Assembly: GCA_029260135.1 (NCBI GenBank)
Contig: JAJDDV010000125.1
Span: forward strand, 11,185 to 75,184
Length of the DNA: 64,000 bases
Reading direction: 5' to 3'
DNA from: Phycisphaerae bacterium
GTDB lineage: Bacteria; Planctomycetota; Phycisphaerae; UBA1845
The stretch's first letter is position 1. Every line of letters begins with the position of its first letter. The position numbers and the translations under genes are program-made. This document shows, one piece after another, positions 1 through 10,474 of the stretch. The notes under the pieces were generated by a model. That model was not told the DNA's origin. It worked only from the letters and a program-made list of their open reading frames with translations, and searched no databases.

Positions 1-54
1 ATTCTCCGGGCGCGTGGCCCTTGAGTCGGATCGGCACGTAGGAGGAGCACGTAG

Positions 55-1731
55 ATGACGACACGATCGGGAGTGAAGTGGACGAGCGGCGTAATGGTCG
101 TCGCGTTGGCGGTGCTGTGTGGCACAACTGCCTGGGCAGGCGAACCATACCGAAGTACAGGACCAGAAGTCGCTGTCGGAGGGCTTACGCCCGATGAGTA
201 CTTCGCCCAACAGGCAGCGTTGCACAACTGGCTGATGACGCAATTCCCCAAAGGCGCCGATTCGGCGATCGTCAAGGTCCAGTTGAACGAGCGCGACAAG
301 GTCGACCTCGCCACGCCTTACGTGGCTGATGGCGAACCTACGCCGATGCGGGTCGGCGTGGTCAAAGCGGTTTCAGGGCGTGTGGGCGTCATTCGTGGTG
401 ATTCGATCGGCGTCACCGGCAAGAATGCCACTAGTGTCCGCCGAGACACCACGGACGGCGGTTTTGTGTGGGCCACGACCGTCAACTCACCGGGCGCGGT
501 CGCGATTCGTGTACACTTCGAGAACTTCTCGCTTCCGCCGACGGCTGAACTGTATTTCTTCACGCGCGAAGGCGAAGCCTACGGACCCTATGTAGACAAC
601 GGGCCGGACGGCACCGGAGAATTCTGGTCGAAGTCGGTGAGCTCGGCAACGGGCATCGTGCTGCTGAGATACTTCGACAAGCCGGTCGCGAACGACCTGC
701 GACAGCTCTCGTTCAGGATCACGGATGTCGCGCACGTCGCCAAGGACTTCCCCAAACCGGTCGCTGAGGGCAGTGTCGCGTCGTTTTGCCAGTACAACGC
801 AGCCTGCATCGAGAACAACTCGTGTACGAGTGATCCGGCCGTCAACACGGCCGAGAATGCCGTAGCGAAGATGCGGTGGATCTCGGGGGCTTTTGTCAAC
901 ATCTGCACCGGCGGCCTTATGGCCGACACGGATCCCAGCACGCAAATTCCGTACTTCCTGACCGCCAACCACTGCATCAACAAGGGTAAAGATGCCAAGA
1001 ACCTGGAGGCCTACTTCCAGTATTCGGTATCCTGTGGGACAAGCACCTGCGCGGGTTCCTTCAATCCTGCACCGGGCGCCCCGAGCACGTTCGGCGCGAA
1101 CGTCGTCGCCACCGGCAGCAACGGCGATTTCTCACTGCTGGAGCTCAAAGAGGCGCCGCCGGCCGGTAGCACCTACCTCGGCTGGAACAACTCGCCGATC
1201 GCGTTCTCGTCGGGTGCTGCCCTGCACCGCATCAGTCACCCCTCGGGCGCTCCGCAGGCCTACTCCGAGCATGCCGTCAATACCTCGATTGGAACGTGTA
1301 CGGGTGCAAGTCGAGGCCCGTGGATCTACAGCGATGACGTTGTCGGTGCCACAGAAGGCGGGAGCAGCGGTTCGCCCGTGGTCAACGCAGCCGGCGAGGT
1401 CGTCGGTCAGCTCACTGGTTGCTGTCCGGTAGGCGGCGGAAACTGCAACGATGACTGCAATTCGAACAATCACACGATTGACGGCGCGCTGGCCTACTAC
1501 TGGAACTCGGTGGCGCCGTATCTGGATCCGTCACCCTGCGTTCCGTCATCCGAGGTCTGCGACAACGGATCGGACGACGATTGCGACGGCGCAACCGACT
1601 GTGCCGACAGCGACTGCAGCAGCGATCCTGCCTGTCAGGGGGGGTGCTCACTCGGTCAGCGAGGCGACCCCTGCAGCTCCGGAGCGGACTGCTGCTCAGC
1701 AAACTGCAAGAGAAACGGCACCTGTCGCTAA
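55..1731 (+). CDS. Secreted trypsin-like serine protease (lysyl endopeptidase/Achromobacter protease I-like) with Cys-rich C-terminal extension
   Basis: Signal peptide (..GTTAWA); catalytic triad motifs LTANHC, GDFSLL, TEGGSSGSP; RBS GGAGGAG at 41-47; Cys/Asp-rich tail. Confidence 0.85.
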   Translation: MTTRSGVKWTSGVMVVALAVLCGTTAWAGEPYRSTGPEVAVGGLTPDEYFAQQAALHNWLMTQFPKGADSAIVKVQLNERDKVDLATPYVADGEPTPMRVGVVKAVSGRVGVIRGDSIGVTGKNATSVRRDTTDGGFVWATTVNSPGAVAIRVHFENFSLPPTAELYFFTREGEAYGPYVDNGPDGTGEFWSKSVSSATGIVLLRYFDKPVANDLRQLSFRITDVAHVAKDFPKPVAEGSVASFCQYNAACIENNSCTSDPAVNTAENAVAKMRWISGAFVNICTGGLMADTDPSTQIPYFLTANHCINKGKDAKNLEAYFQYSVSCGTSTCAGSFNPAPGAPSTFGANVVATGSNGDFSLLELKEAPPAGSTYLGWNNSPIAFSSGAALHRISHPSGAPQAYSEHAVNTSIGTCTGASRGPWIYSDDVVGATEGGSSGSPVVNAAGEVVGQLTGCCPVGGGNCNDDCNSNNHTIDGALAYYWNSVAPYLDPSPCVPSSEVCDNGSDDDCDGATDCADSDCSSDPACQGGCSLGQRGDPCSSGADCCSANCKRNGTCR

Positions 1732-1774
1732 GGAAGACGGTAAGGCCAAACGATAAGCCCCGGTGAAGACCGGT

Positions 1775-1807
1775 GAAGCGGGCGGGCGCAGGACGCCCGT
1801 CCGCTTC
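1775..1807 (+). terminator. GC-rich hairpin, probable intrinsic terminator
   Basis: gaagcgggcgggcg-cagga-cgcccgtccgcttc (14-bp stem with one G-U) followed by cttctatt, about 40 nt after the protease stop. Confidence 0.55.
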
Positions 1808-2091
1808 CTTCTATTGTCACTCGAGTCGATCCGGTCGCCCGGAGCCGATCCGTTCTCCTGGGCCATAGACAACGTGAAGGCCGCGAAAACTACGCAGTTA
1901 CCGGACCTTTGGCGATCCATAACGCAAACCGCACCAGCCGTCCTGCGGTCTCGGACGGCTATCCATGCCGAAGCGGAAAACCGGCGTCTCCGCGCGCCGG
2001 CGTGTGGGGACGCCCGCTGCACAGCCGCCGATTTGGAGAGACTCCGCCCTGGGTTCGGGGCCCTTCGTCCGCACTTTCCGCCAAAGGGGGG

Positions 2092-2119
2092 TTGTCATCC
2101 GGTCGGATGAAGGTAGCAT
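2092..2119 (+). promoter_or_regulatory. Putative sigma70 promoter for rpmI-rplT, overlapped by a palindrome
   Basis: TTGTCA-16 nt-TAGCAT; inverted repeat TCATCCG-gt-CGGATGA at 2095-2110. Confidence 0.45.
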
Positions 2120-2177
2120 ACGGGGCTCTGCGAATGTATCCTGGATGACAGAATCGCGCGTGGGAGGCGGTGGTACG

Positions 2178-2381
2178 ATGCCGAAGATGAAAACACATAA
2201 GGGTGTCCTGAAGCGGATCCGAGTGACCGCCACGGGCAAGGTTCGGCATAAACGCGCGAACTCAGGTCATCTGATGAGCGGAAAAAGCGGCAACCGATGC
2301 CGGTCTCTGAGAAAGACAACGACCCTCAAACGGGCGTTTCGGGAACGTATGAAACAGGCGCTGGCCGGCGCCAAGGCCTGA
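2178..2381 (+). CDS. rpmI: 50S ribosomal protein L35
   Basis: MPKMKTHKGVLKRIRVTATGKV signature; ATG at 2178 with upstream GGAGG; precedes L20. Confidence 0.96.
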   Translation: MPKMKTHKGVLKRIRVTATGKVRHKRANSGHLMSGKSGNRCRSLRKTTTLKRAFRERMKQALAGAKA

Positions 2382-2479
2382 AAACCGCGGGTCGAGCCTG
2401 CAAGGCTCACGGTGGATGATCCTCGGTACAAGCTGTGCTTCCACGGCGCAGTTCCGCATCGACGACAGGAGTCAGCAAG

Positions 2480-2848
2480 ATGGGAAGAGCGACTTACGGC
2501 GCCGCCCGACATCGCAAGAAAGTCCGAGTACTCAAAGCGGCCAAGGGCTTCCGCGGCGCGCCCGGAAAACGCTGGCGGCTGGCCAAGGAAGCCATCGTCC
2601 GCGCCGGTGTCAACGCCTATCGTGACCGCCGTCGCCGTAAGCGCGAGTTTCGGTCGCTCTGGATCATTCGCATCAAAGCAGCCTGCCGCATGCGCGACAT
2701 CAGCTACAACCGCTTCATCTTTGGGCTCGCTTCGGCGGACATCGAGCTTAACCGAAAGATGCTCAGCGAAATGGCGATCCACGCACCGCAAGATTTCGAT
2801 GCACTCGTGGAAGTCGCGAAGAAGCATCAGTTCACCGCCGCAGCGTAG
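2480..2848 (+). CDS. rplT: 50S ribosomal protein L20
   Basis: AKGFRG, AYRDRRRRKREFRSLWIIRI, LNRKMLSEMA motifs; ATG at 2480 after AGGAG. Confidence 0.97.
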   Translation: MGRATYGAARHRKKVRVLKAAKGFRGAPGKRWRLAKEAIVRAGVNAYRDRRRRKREFRSLWIIRIKAACRMRDISYNRFIFGLASADIELNRKMLSEMAIHAPQDFDALVEVAKKHQFTAAA

Positions 2849-2896
2849 CGATGGCGACCGCCTGCCAGAGGCCTCCCCAAACGCGAATCACTCTAC

Positions 2897-3811
2897 TTAC
2901 GCGCTGATCCGAGAGAGAAGATACGTCCCGGCGAATCCGCCCGCCGCAAGCGCCAGGCCGACGACGTAGTCCCCCGCTTCTGAGCCGCCGTCAAACGGCC
3001 AGATCCCCACGACGGATCCCAAGAGGAGCCCGAGCAGAACACCCAGCATCAACTTCTCGTGATGCCGCAGCATCCACTTCAGGAAGTTGCTCAAGAAGAC
3101 CAGACTGAGCACCGCCCCGATTCCGACAGGGATGATGACCCGCAGGAACACCATCGGTTCACCGTTCTTCCCCAGCGATGTCGCGCACGTCTTGGCAGCG
3201 TCGATCGACGCCAGCACGGTCTCGTACCGATCGAGGATCAACAGCATATAGGCCCCTGAAATACCCGGCAGGACCATCGCCGACATACCCAGTGCCCCGG
3301 CGCCCACGTCTCGCGCGTAGTGCGGCTCGATCACAAACTCGCCCGCCGCCACCGTCTCTCTTACCGCCGATTTGTCCGGCGGTTCCTCCTTGGTCAGTGC
3401 GATCGCGATCATCAACCCCAGACCCACCGCAACGCCGATGCCCGTGGATAGCGAAAACCGCTTGATCATACGGACGAGCATCGGGGCGCCACCGAGCGTC
3501 AGCCCGATGAACAGGGCGTACATCGCGCCTCGATGCTCCGTGACGACCTCCCGCAGTGTCCCCGCCAGCGCCCCGATCGCCACGACTGCCGCGCCCCCGA
3601 CCAGCACGAGAAACAGCACCCCGCGGCGGGTGAATCGAAGACGCGTACAGTCCGCAACCGCCGAGATGAAACGGTCGTAAAGCCCCACGACCAGGATCAT
3701 CGTTCCGCCGGAAACACCGGGAACGAGGTTCGCAAGCCCCATGAGCAAACCGCCGATCAATGATCGCACGATGGGGATCTTCGCCTCCCGGATTGAAGTG
3801 TCCTTGTTCAT
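2897..3811 (-). CDS. DUF368 family membrane protein (putative polyprenyl-phosphate translocase)
   Basis: Hallmark repeats MGLANLVPGVSGGT and SAMVLPGISGAYMLLI; multiple TM helices. Confidence 0.88.
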   Translation of the reverse strand: MNKDTSIREAKIPIVRSLIGGLLMGLANLVPGVSGGTMILVVGLYDRFISAVADCTRLRFTRRGVLFLVLVGGAAVVAIGALAGTLREVVTEHRGAMYALFIGLTLGGAPMLVRMIKRFSLSTGIGVAVGLGLMIAIALTKEEPPDKSAVRETVAAGEFVIEPHYARDVGAGALGMSAMVLPGISGAYMLLILDRYETVLASIDAAKTCATSLGKNGEPMVFLRVIIPVGIGAVLSLVFLSNFLKWMLRHHEKLMLGVLLGLLLGSVVGIWPFDGGSEAGDYVVGLALAAGGFAGTYLLSRISA

Positions 3812-3859
3812 GTGCTCAGGTTCATCATCGGCGAGCCGCGGGCCCGAGGTTTGGGGAAC

Positions 3860-6800
3860 TCACGACCGCCCGGGGGGAGGCGGCTCGGTCTTCTTGGGTT
3901 TGCGTTTCTGAAACAGACTCTTGAACTCGTCGGTGATTCCACGCAGCGGTCGAGTTCTGACCGAAGGCTGCGAGAGCGGACCGGTGACCTGAAGCTCAAC
4001 GAGTTCCCGTGAGGCTCCCTCGAAAACATCCGTCAGCAGCGGAACACGAGTCCACGAGCGAGGGCTAACATGAACAAGACTCAGATCCAATCCACGATCA
4101 GGAAGCGACATCGTTCCGGACCCGACCAGCGCGAGCACGCTCCCGTGCAGGCGAATCGCCTCCGCGTGAACGCGCCGACCGGAAATGAGAAAGTCGACCT
4201 GCGCGTCATCGAACGCGTTATCATCGGGCATCGAGAGGTTGAGCACGTGGAGAATCGCCAGCATGATCGGGAGACGGTAGACGTGGGCCTCGTGGATCTC
4301 CATTCGACCGCTGCCCCGTGCGGAGGAGGGACGTCCCGCAATTCCGGACAGGCATAGTTGTGCATCCGCGCGACCCCGCACGTCGATCGGTTCACTTCCC
4401 GGTTCGCGAACCTTACGATCCACATTGACGAACGGTTCCATCTGCATGTTCTGAACGCTGACCGAAACATCATACTCGGTCTGCTGGGGACCGAATGTAA
4501 TGTCAACGCCTCCGGTCAATGATCCAGCGTGAAGGTATCCGCGTAGCCCCTCGAGGTGAATCATCCCCTCGCCGCCGGCCGTGCGAACGAAAGACCAGGT
4601 CCCCTCGGTCTGTTGGAGTGGTTGCCCCAGAACATCGGCCCTCGCCAGCGACATGTCGCCCTTCAACGATACCCCACCCAACCGATCGACGAGCGCGCCC
4701 CGCCCGCGAAGCGTCCCTGAGACTCTCCGCAAATCCGCCACCCGCCCCAACGACACTTGGTGAAGTTCCGCGTAACCATCGACCCACCACGTAAGGGGCG
4801 CATCGGCAGACGAACGGGCATACCGGAGCTCCGTCACGTGAAGATTCATCGTACCCGCGGGCTCGAGTCGATCCCAGAATGTCGAGAAGCGCTTCGGCCA
4901 AAGTCCTCGCGATGCTTCATCGAGAGGAACGCCGGTGGCCGTCAACGTCAGGGTCCCCTCCTCACCCGTATCGGATCTCCGCAAATCAATTCCTATGCCG
5001 AGCGTCGCCGGGCCATAAGTGGCCTGCATTTGCTCCGAGCGAATCCCTGCATCATCGATGGTGATCGCCGCTTGAACGTCGGCCAGGGGTTGGGCAAGAC
5101 GGTCGTGGGAGACCGTGACACCGTCAAGCCGAGCCGTCGTGTGGACCTTGGTGGCGTGACCACCCACCTCATCGTGCGTCGTGATGATCGTCTCGGTCGC
5201 GATGGGCCCGTCGATGGTCCATCCCGCCAGCGCGTCATAATACTGCCGGGGCAACGACGACCGAAAGGCCTCGTCCAGGCGAAGATCCCGCGTGCGAATG
5301 GTCAGCGAAGTCCGTGCTGTTGGACCTCCGGTCGCGATCGCACCATCCAACGAAATGGTGGCACCGCTGCAGCGACCCGTCACGCCCTCGATCAGAATCT
5401 CGTTCGGCGTGATCACAAGTCGCCCCAGAACATCCTTCACGGGAAGCGGAAACGCCTCGTGCTTGCCGGAAGCACCCTTCAGACGAACATCCGACGTATG
5501 CGCAACGCGCCGCGATTCCGCGTCCAACGTCAATCGAGTCTGCGCGTCGAATCGACCCGACGGCTGAACGACATCCCACCAGGATCGTGCGTGCGATGGC
5601 AGCGCGAGACGAAGGTGGTCATCGAACTCGGCATTCTCGGCGCGAACCGTCAGGTCCAAATCGACCAGACGACCCGACTCGAAAGAAGCCACTCCGTCGA
5701 TTTCAACGTCAGCGGCTCCCGCCCGACCGGTCAGACCCACGACTTCGGCACGCCCCGGACTGAAGTTCAGCGTACCGGTTACTTTCTCGACCCGGTATGG
5801 GAAGCCCTTGTAGATCCCCGAAACACCCTTCAACGCGAGAGAACACGCTGACCGCCAGCGGATCGGTGAACCCGGCTGAGTCTCGGGCTGCACGAGGTTG
5901 ACGTCGACGTCCACCGTTCCCGTCGGACTGAACTGGTCGCACAGTTTGCGATACCGAGCCGACAGGCTGCTGCGAAGATCCTGATCGATCGCGACGTCAG
6001 TTCCCTTGATCGACACTGTCTTCTTCGACCACCGAGTCGGCTTATCCACCCAGGCATCGATCAGCACGGTCGCCTCACCGTGTCGGCCTCTCAGCCCACG
6101 AACGAAGATCCCTTCCTCGGTGTACGTAACCGACCCCTCGACGTCATACAAACGATAGGGGAAGAAACGGCAGAGTCCGTCGCCGCTCTTCGCCGTCAAC
6201 TCCAAGCGGCGGACGTTGACCGGCTGGTCCGCTCCGGCACGCTTGCTCACGGCGATATCCAGGTCCACAACACCCCGCGGGTCATAGTCACGGTAGAACC
6301 TTGCCAGTTGAGGCCAACGGCCGACGAATCGGGCCTGTTCCACCGACGCCTCTGGGTCCGGACGCGGAAGAACCAGGCTGTGAACCGACAACCGAGCATC
6401 AAAGTCGACGTCGTCCAGCGTCGAGAGCTCGTCCGTGGCGGCGCGAAGTGTCATCGAAACGTCACACTCGGCACCGTGCAACAGACCGGTGAACGCCGCC
6501 CGAATCTCGCGACCTGTGAGTTGTACATGCCCGCGAACCTGATCGAAACGCAAATACCGATCCTCAGGCGCCTCCCGTTGCTCCTCGTCGCTGACGGGAA
6601 TGGAGATGGCCGCGTTGCTGAGTTCGATCGTGGCCGAACGCAAATCCTCATCGGCGGAATCGGGCTGGAGCTGATAGTCTCTTGCGCGAACGGTACCATC
6701 CAGCCCGAGCAAGTCCGACCACGCACCCACGCCGTCGTAACCGGCGTTAATGACGAGCATCACGGCTTCGATCGACATCCACGGCAAGCCGTCTCGCACG

Positions 6801-7507
6801 TTACGCAGAGCCCCGGTGTGAAGATCGATCTGCGATTGACCGCTCGCCACACGGCCCTCTCCGCCCTGCCATACAATGTCATAAACATGCGGATCATTTC
6901 GCGTCGGCAACGCACGAACCGTCAACGTCAAGTCCTCGACGGGACGATCCGAGCCCCTGTCACGCGACACCACACGAACGCGCGCATCCTTGAGTTCCAC
7001 CCTCGGCCAGACCGTGGATCCGCCGGTGTCCGGCGTTTCCGAGACAAGCAGAAGACCCGTGACATTCGTATTACCACTGACGGTGTCTCGCGCAATCAGG
7101 CAACTGGGCGATACGGCGGTGATGGAGCGGATTCTCAGCTCACCCCACAGCGCGGCGAACGAATCGTGCACGAGGCGAATCTCCGGGCATGAGAATACAG
7201 GCTCCGCCCCTCCAGCATTTCCGAAGACCCCGGCATCCATCGTCGAACCGGGCGGCTCCATCACGGTGACGTCGAAGAGACGAACGCCTCGCCGCCAGGA
7301 GAACCCGGCCGCGCCAACAGTCACCGGACCCCGCACATACCGCTGCAGATAGGTTTCAGCCAACGCGCGAATGCGTTCCGGGCTCGTGTAATGACGATAC
7401 GCCAAGCCGATCGTTACACCGGCGGCAATGAGCAACAATGCCACCACCCATCGCAGCCGGAAGCGGCGAGGCCTGCGCGGCGCCTCGATGGCAGACTCAG
7501 TCGGCAC
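3860..7507 (-). CDS. AsmA-like (bridge-like lipid transfer) protein, 1215 aa
   Basis: N-terminal TM anchor, long repetitive beta-rich body, C-terminal AsmA-like motif (LALVGSGTMSL..LDLSL..LQVTGPLSQP). Confidence 0.72.
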   Translation of the reverse strand: MPTESAIEAPRRPRRFRLRWVVALLLIAAGVTIGLAYRHYTSPERIRALAETYLQRYVRGPVTVGAAGFSWRRGVRLFDVTVMEPPGSTMDAGVFGNAGGAEPVFSCPEIRLVHDSFAALWGELRIRSITAVSPSCLIARDTVSGNTNVTGLLLVSETPDTGGSTVWPRVELKDARVRVVSRDRGSDRPVEDLTLTVRALPTRNDPHVYDIVWQGGEGRVASGQSQIDLHTGALRNVRDGLPWMSIEAVMLVINAGYDGVGAWSDLLGLDGTVRARDYQLQPDSADEDLRSATIELSNAAISIPVSDEEQREAPEDRYLRFDQVRGHVQLTGREIRAAFTGLLHGAECDVSMTLRAATDELSTLDDVDFDARLSVHSLVLPRPDPEASVEQARFVGRWPQLARFYRDYDPRGVVDLDIAVSKRAGADQPVNVRRLELTAKSGDGLCRFFPYRLYDVEGSVTYTEEGIFVRGLRGRHGEATVLIDAWVDKPTRWSKKTVSIKGTDVAIDQDLRSSLSARYRKLCDQFSPTGTVDVDVNLVQPETQPGSPIRWRSACSLALKGVSGIYKGFPYRVEKVTGTLNFSPGRAEVVGLTGRAGAADVEIDGVASFESGRLVDLDLTVRAENAEFDDHLRLALPSHARSWWDVVQPSGRFDAQTRLTLDAESRRVAHTSDVRLKGASGKHEAFPLPVKDVLGRLVITPNEILIEGVTGRCSGATISLDGAIATGGPTARTSLTIRTRDLRLDEAFRSSLPRQYYDALAGWTIDGPIATETIITTHDEVGGHATKVHTTARLDGVTVSHDRLAQPLADVQAAITIDDAGIRSEQMQATYGPATLGIGIDLRRSDTGEEGTLTLTATGVPLDEASRGLWPKRFSTFWDRLEPAGTMNLHVTELRYARSSADAPLTWWVDGYAELHQVSLGRVADLRRVSGTLRGRGALVDRLGGVSLKGDMSLARADVLGQPLQQTEGTWSFVRTAGGEGMIHLEGLRGYLHAGSLTGGVDITFGPQQTEYDVSVSVQNMQMEPFVNVDRKVREPGSEPIDVRGRADAQLCLSGIAGRPSSARGSGRMEIHEAHVYRLPIMLAILHVLNLSMPDDNAFDDAQVDFLISGRRVHAEAIRLHGSVLALVGSGTMSLPDRGLDLSLVHVSPRSWTRVPLLTDVFEGASRELVELQVTGPLSQPSVRTRPLRGITDEFKSLFQKRKPKKTEPPPPGRS

Positions 7508-8801
7508 TACGCTTGCCTCCGCCTGTCTTCAGAACGCCGGTTCGGTTCAACACCGCGACAATCGTCACCGCCGCAAGAATCTCGAGCATCGGCATGGCCC
7601 CTAGACGGTACCGTACGCTCCCCACAAAGAAACAGTGAACCGCACTAAGATACAACGCAGGAAGAAGCAGGAACACTACCGTGCGCAAGCAGCGGTCCTC
7701 TTGCGACGTGGCGACCAGGCCCGCTCCGGCCGCGGCAAGCAAGTATACCGGCACAATCCAGAGCACCGACACGGCACGGGTCATTCGCGATTGATAACTT
7801 TCCACATTCGGAAACGGGTTCCACGTCCGCGAGAGTTTTGTCACAGCGAGCCGCCCGATCCGAGCGGGACTGTTGCGGATGGCCGCCCATGATTGATCCA
7901 GAAAATAGCGGTTCCATTCGACCTCACTCAACTCGCGAACCTCGGGCATCTGCTTGACGTCGGCGAGATCGCTCGCGCCGCTCGCTTGCGACCCGACGCC
8001 ATCGTACAGAGAAATGCCGGCACGCGTCGTCAACCAACACCACTCCCCGATCGTCCGCTCGTTGCGTAGTGCCCATGGAATCAGCGTCAGGACCACGACC
8101 CCGACTGCAACCGCTGCCCCGGCCAGAGTCCGTCGCTCGAAGCGACGGCAGATGACGATCCAACCGATCGCCACAAGGGAAAGTCCAAGACATGATTCGC
8201 GTTGGTAGACACAAAGCGAGGCCGCCGCGCCAACCGCTATCCAACTCCAATGCGACGTGCAACCCCGCGTCCGCAACAATGCCCCCACAAGCCACCACAA
8301 TAGCAGCAAGAACGTCACATACGCCGTTTCCGTCAACAGAAGTGACGAGAAGAAGATCAGAAACGGGTCCAGCGCGACCAGAAAACCCGCGAGAAAACCT
8401 ACATGCAGGTCAAACAGGGTCATGGCCACCATGGCGGCGAACACCGCGCCCACCGCGCCGATCAACCATTGCAGGGCTCTCGCCGCCATCACGCCACGCG
8501 GATGCTCGGTAAACGCCGACAGTACGCCCGGATAGAGTGGCATCCGCGTTGCCCGAAAGCCCAACTCGTCCTGAAGACCGTCGCCGGCCCGAAGCGATGC
8601 AGCCATCATCCAGTATTGACGCTCGTCGTCGAACTCCACCGCCGCCGGATCCTCCACCCGGCTGAACCGATAGATGCCCCAACCGGATCGTGCAACCAGC
8701 GCGACAAGAAACACAATGAGCAACCGAATGGCGACGCGGCGGCGCTGTCGTTGCCGCTGAATCGCAGGAGACGCCGCTGCCGATGGGGAATGCGCGCTCA
8801 C
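7497..8801 (-). CDS. GT-C fold glycosyltransferase (ArnT/PMT-like, GT39/83)
   Basis: First-loop DE motif (FDDERQY), RMPLYP, LLLTE, C-terminal RYRL; many TM segments; overlaps tilS stop. Confidence 0.8.
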   Translation of the reverse strand: MSAHSPSAAASPAIQRQRQRRRVAIRLLIVFLVALVARSGWGIYRFSRVEDPAAVEFDDERQYWMMAASLRAGDGLQDELGFRATRMPLYPGVLSAFTEHPRGVMAARALQWLIGAVGAVFAAMVAMTLFDLHVGFLAGFLVALDPFLIFFSSLLLTETAYVTFLLLLWWLVGALLRTRGCTSHWSWIAVGAAASLCVYQRESCLGLSLVAIGWIVICRRFERRTLAGAAVAVGVVVLTLIPWALRNERTIGEWCWLTTRAGISLYDGVGSQASGASDLADVKQMPEVRELSEVEWNRYFLDQSWAAIRNSPARIGRLAVTKLSRTWNPFPNVESYQSRMTRAVSVLWIVPVYLLAAAGAGLVATSQEDRCLRTVVFLLLPALYLSAVHCFFVGSVRYRLGAMPMLEILAAVTIVAVLNRTGVLKTGGGKRSAD

Positions 8802-10234
8802 GGCCCAAGCGGCCTGGCGCGAAGATGAAGAATGCGACGAGTCAGCGCCGTCATCTTCACACGATCGTCAATACGATGTCCGATGACCCAGATCGGCCCG
8901 AAATGGTCGCAAAGTACCGCCACCCGATCACGCTCCTTCGGGTCGACCTTGGCGTCGATGAGAAAATCGGACAGCTTTTTGGATCCGGGGGCTCCCAGGG
9001 GGCAGAACCGATCGCCCGAACGACGCTTGCGCACGACCAGCGGCGGCTGAACCGCATCGAAGTCCACGTACTCGACCATCCGATCCGCTTCGCGACGCAA
9101 TCGCGGGACGTCCTCCGCCCGGCAGTCGCCGATGGCGCAGTCAATTTGCAGCCGGCGAATCGGCAGCAACGTTCGGCCGGGTAGGTGCACCGCGATTTCC
9201 GCAGCCACCATCTCGCGCGGCTCGTCCGACGGGAGAGAGAAGACCAACTGATGATAACGCTTTTCGATGGTCATTCCACCCGGAAGCTGCACCTGTTTCC
9301 CGCTTCCTGCTTCCGCAATCAGATCCAGCGCCGACACCATGTGAGCGAATCCCAGGTCCTGCTCGCCCAGACCGAAGGACCGAAATGCCATTCGAACAAT
9401 CTCCGTCTGAACGATCCGACTCTTGCGAGACAGCGCGTCGGCGTTCAGCGTCAATTCCTGGTCCGTGCGTGAGATAATGAGCGACTCGAACGTGCGATGC
9501 ACCGTCTCCCGAAGATACTCCTCGACCCAACCCGCCTGCTCGCCGAGACGGTTCAGCGCATCGCGCACCTGCGGATTGACCTCCGCCTCCACCTGCGGCA
9601 AGACCAAATTGCGGATCCGATTCCGCATGGGCTCATTCGCCTCGTTGGTCCGATCCTCGCGAAACGCGATCCCCGAATCCGCCAGGTAGTCACGAATCGA
9701 CTGGCGCGACCGCCGAAGCAGCGGCCGAATCAGACGAACCTCGCTGTTGGGGCTGATCGAGCGGACCCGAGGAATACCCACCAGTCCACGAACACCCGTC
9801 CCGCGAAGAACGCGATGGAGAATCGTCTCGGCGTTGTCATCCGCATGGTGGGCCACCGCCACGACCCGCGCCCCAACCTGAAGACAGACCCGCTCAAAGA
9901 ACTCGTACCGGGCTCGGCGGCTGACCTCCTCGACGCCCAATGACTCGGCCTTCGTCTGCTCGGGAACGTCGCACGTCTCGATGGTGCAGGGCAACGAAAG
10001 ACTATCCGACGCCGCCTGCACGAACGCCGCATCCTTCTCCGATTCGCTGGCGCGAAGTTGATGATTCAGATGAGCGACATGGACCGACAGCGCCCAATCG
10101 AGCGAGGCATTGAGCCCGAGAAAAAGATGAAGTAACGCCATAGAGTCCGGTCCACCGGACACGCCCACGACGACCGCATCGTTCCGCGCGATCAACCCGT
10201 CCGCGAGAAGTTCCTGGCTAAGCGATTTGACCAC
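8798..10234 (-). CDS. tilS: tRNA(Ile)-lysidine synthetase
   Basis: PP-loop SGGPDS, HHADDNAET, IRPLL, RNRIR and C-terminal TilS domain (GSKKLSDFLIDAKV). Confidence 0.95.
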   Translation of the reverse strand: MVKSLSQELLADGLIARNDAVVVGVSGGPDSMALLHLFLGLNASLDWALSVHVAHLNHQLRASESEKDAAFVQAASDSLSLPCTIETCDVPEQTKAESLGVEEVSRRARYEFFERVCLQVGARVVAVAHHADDNAETILHRVLRGTGVRGLVGIPRVRSISPNSEVRLIRPLLRRSRQSIRDYLADSGIAFREDRTNEANEPMRNRIRNLVLPQVEAEVNPQVRDALNRLGEQAGWVEEYLRETVHRTFESLIISRTDQELTLNADALSRKSRIVQTEIVRMAFRSFGLGEQDLGFAHMVSALDLIAEAGSGKQVQLPGGMTIEKRYHQLVFSLPSDEPREMVAAEIAVHLPGRTLLPIRRLQIDCAIGDCRAEDVPRLRREADRMVEYVDFDAVQPPLVVRKRRSGDRFCPLGAPGSKKLSDFLIDAKVDPKERDRVAVLCDHFGPIWVIGHRIDDRVKMTALTRRILHLRARPLGP

Positions 10235-10474
10235 GACGCGACTCCGTCCGCCCGAGGATGTTCATCCATGGCCCAAGCGGCATAGGATCATCTTGCCACC
10301 TGACCATTCTACACCTCACGCCGCACCGAGCCCGAAGGCAGCAGCACAACGCGCCCTTCCCATCTTATCACAGATGCAGCAACGCGTCACTTGGATCGGC
10401 TTGCAGCCGAAAACCGAGGGGATGGAGACGTGCACCGACCGCCCTCCGCCGGCGCCGCGGCGACCACCGAGACG

